A stretch of 63,934 nucleotides of DNA, filler included, from Trypethelium eluteriae (Eukaryota): NCBI GenBank assembly GCA_051942245.1. It is 3 parts of 3 records of this genome, joined end to end, with 100 filler letters (N's around TTAATTAATTAA, not from the genome) between each part and the next. Parts side by side here need not be neighbours in the genome. Positions count along the whole stretch, not along the records: positions 43,880 to 63,934 come from JAVECL010000503.1; 2 more parts are not named here. The stretch is one strand, 5' to 3'. Both the position numbers and the translations under genes were made by a program. The notes under the pieces are model-generated. The model saw only the letters and a program-made list of their open reading frames with translations. It made no database searches and was not told where the DNA came from. Numbering within the stretch: the first letter of the stretch is position 1; each line of letters begins with the position of its first letter. This document shows, in pieces, positions 62,310-63,934 of this stretch.

Positions 62310-63186
62310 ATGCAACCCTGGGCCCTCGTTTCTCCTGCTTCGAGAGGGATTGGCTTCGAACTAGCCCGGTTGTTACTCCAGCGGTCAAAGGTACCAATCG
62401 TCGCAACGACACGGAAGGATGTAGATAAGACAAAGCAAAGTATCCTCGGTGGGATCGATGAAGATGCCAAGGACCGACTCAAAGTCCTCCAGCTGGATGT
62501 CACTGGTATGACGAAGACCCCTGTTGTAGCATTCTAAGAAATAAAACCGTGACTGATCCAGCATAGATGAGGACTCCATAGCGGCTGCATCGTCTGCTTG
62601 CCAAGAGCAGCTTGACCTGAACCCAAAAGAAGCTTATCTGCATCTCGGCTTTTGCATTCCTGGCATCCTTTTCCCGGAAAAGTCGCCCGCTCAAATTGAC
62701 GGCGAGAATGCTCTCCTCACCTACCGTACGAATACTCTCGGACCACTCCTGTTGATCAAGCATTTTGAAAAGTTCCTGCCCACCAAAAATACAACTTTGT
62801 CATCACCAAATGACATGGCAGACAAGAGCCATTTTATGCCACAACGCGCGGTGTGGGCCTCAATGTCCGCTCGGGTTGGATCAATCACGGACAATCGATT
62901 GGGTGGGTGGTTTTCCTATCGCAGTTCGAAAGCGGCCTTAAACCAGCTCGTCAAGACTTTTGATAATCGGCTTCAGACGCGATCAGGTGAGAAGGCAATG
63001 GCAATAGCTCTACATCCGGGGACAGTGAAGACGGGGTTGAGCAAGGAGTTCTGGGGGAATGTCAAGGAAGACAAGCTTTTCACTCCGCAATTTGCCGCTG
63101 AAAGACTTGTAGAGGTGGTAGGCGGTCTGCGCGTAGAGGATAGAGGGAAATGCTGGGATTGGGAGGGCAAAGAGGTGCCGCCCTGA
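62310..63186 (+). CDS. Short-chain dehydrogenase/reductase, C-factor (CsgA)-like, 2 exons
   Basis: ALVSPASRGIG, LQLDVT|DE, NTLGPLL, MSARVGSITDNRLGGWFSYRSSKAALNQ (YxxxK), ALHPGTVKTGLS, WDWEGKEVPP. Confidence 0.92.
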
Positions 63187-63934
63187 TATTAGCCTATTTC
63201 CACATGCTCTTTAGAATTGGCTGCCTTGCGCGCTTGCATCTTGGCCTTTGTAATATAGGCTCGGACCATAAGAGTTCGTAATGACATGTATAGAATAATC
63301 ATACAGAGAGCGTGCACAGTATGCTGCTGCGTATAGGAGCAATATGCTTGTGTATAAGGCCATGATACCAACGGCCTCGAAGTAGTCCAAGTCTAGACAT
63401 TTCAAGGATTGCCTGGGTAGCATCTTGCCCCATGCTACATTGTCCTTCATCACGATTACAACGACCCTGTGGTACAAGGTATGGTAGATGCAGGCAAGGT
63501 ATTGAACGTAAGAGTTGCAGACAGATATCATAATATCTAGCCAAAGATTCCTTCATTATTGTGCCAAATATTGGAACGCATTCAAGTCCAGGCCGCATGC
63601 ATGTTATCTTCCAGAACACATTCAGCCCCAATGGAAGGAAAGAGGATGTAGTAAGACTATTTAGATCTCTTGAAAGGCAACAAAGCCGGGTGGAGGAACA
63701 ATCGTACCGAAAAACACGTAACAGCGAGACGCTACAGCTCGATCCGAGGAACGCTGTCAGAAATAGAATGAATTCGTAGAATATATACGATATAGCGAAT
63801 ATGGAAGACCGGAGCGCAACAGGCGCACGAGCGTTTTCGAGCCACTGCTCGTGGAATCTTTAACGTTGAGTGATCGGGAATCAATCACTAACAGGGGGTT
63901 GGTTTGGAAGATGCCTCATCATAACAGAGTGACA

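Overview
Eukaryotic, intron-containing genomic DNA from a filamentous ascomycete (Pezizomycotina; class not determinable from sequence alone). The window is three contigs joined by artificial 100-bp spacers (N44-TTAATTAATTAA-N44 at 21851-21950 and 43780-43879), so adjacency across those points is unproven. About 21 protein-coding genes are recognisable. Housekeeping genes: TFIIF beta, COP9 subunit 4, RPE1, PEX5, a CRAL-TRIO/RhoGAP, a compact RecQ helicase, SKI8, mitochondrial bL32, septin CDC10, the 5' end of TRAPPC13/TRS65, DOA10, a She10-like KDEL protein and a solitary histone H4. Accessory genes: a HET-domain gene, a DUF6594-like gene, an alpha-glucoside permease, a Zn2Cys6 transcription factor, an orphan membrane protein, a VOC dioxygenase, a sarcosine-oxidase-family flavoprotein and an SDR. 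The most notable signals concern stop codons. (1) RPE1 has a TGA-CTG stop followed in frame by a hidden PTS1-like tail (-LSGGRL*). (2) A HET gene with an N-terminal CCHC zinc knuckle is split by a single in-frame TAG. (3) The TAG of an orphan membrane protein cuts off an in-frame hydrophobic helix that a Trp would complete. Also seen are a 118-bp TA-flanked MITE-like element upstream of RecQ and a nested stem-loop in histone H4 intron 1. No tRNA, rRNA or CRISPR array was recognised. All family assignments are from motif recognition by eye, not database searches.
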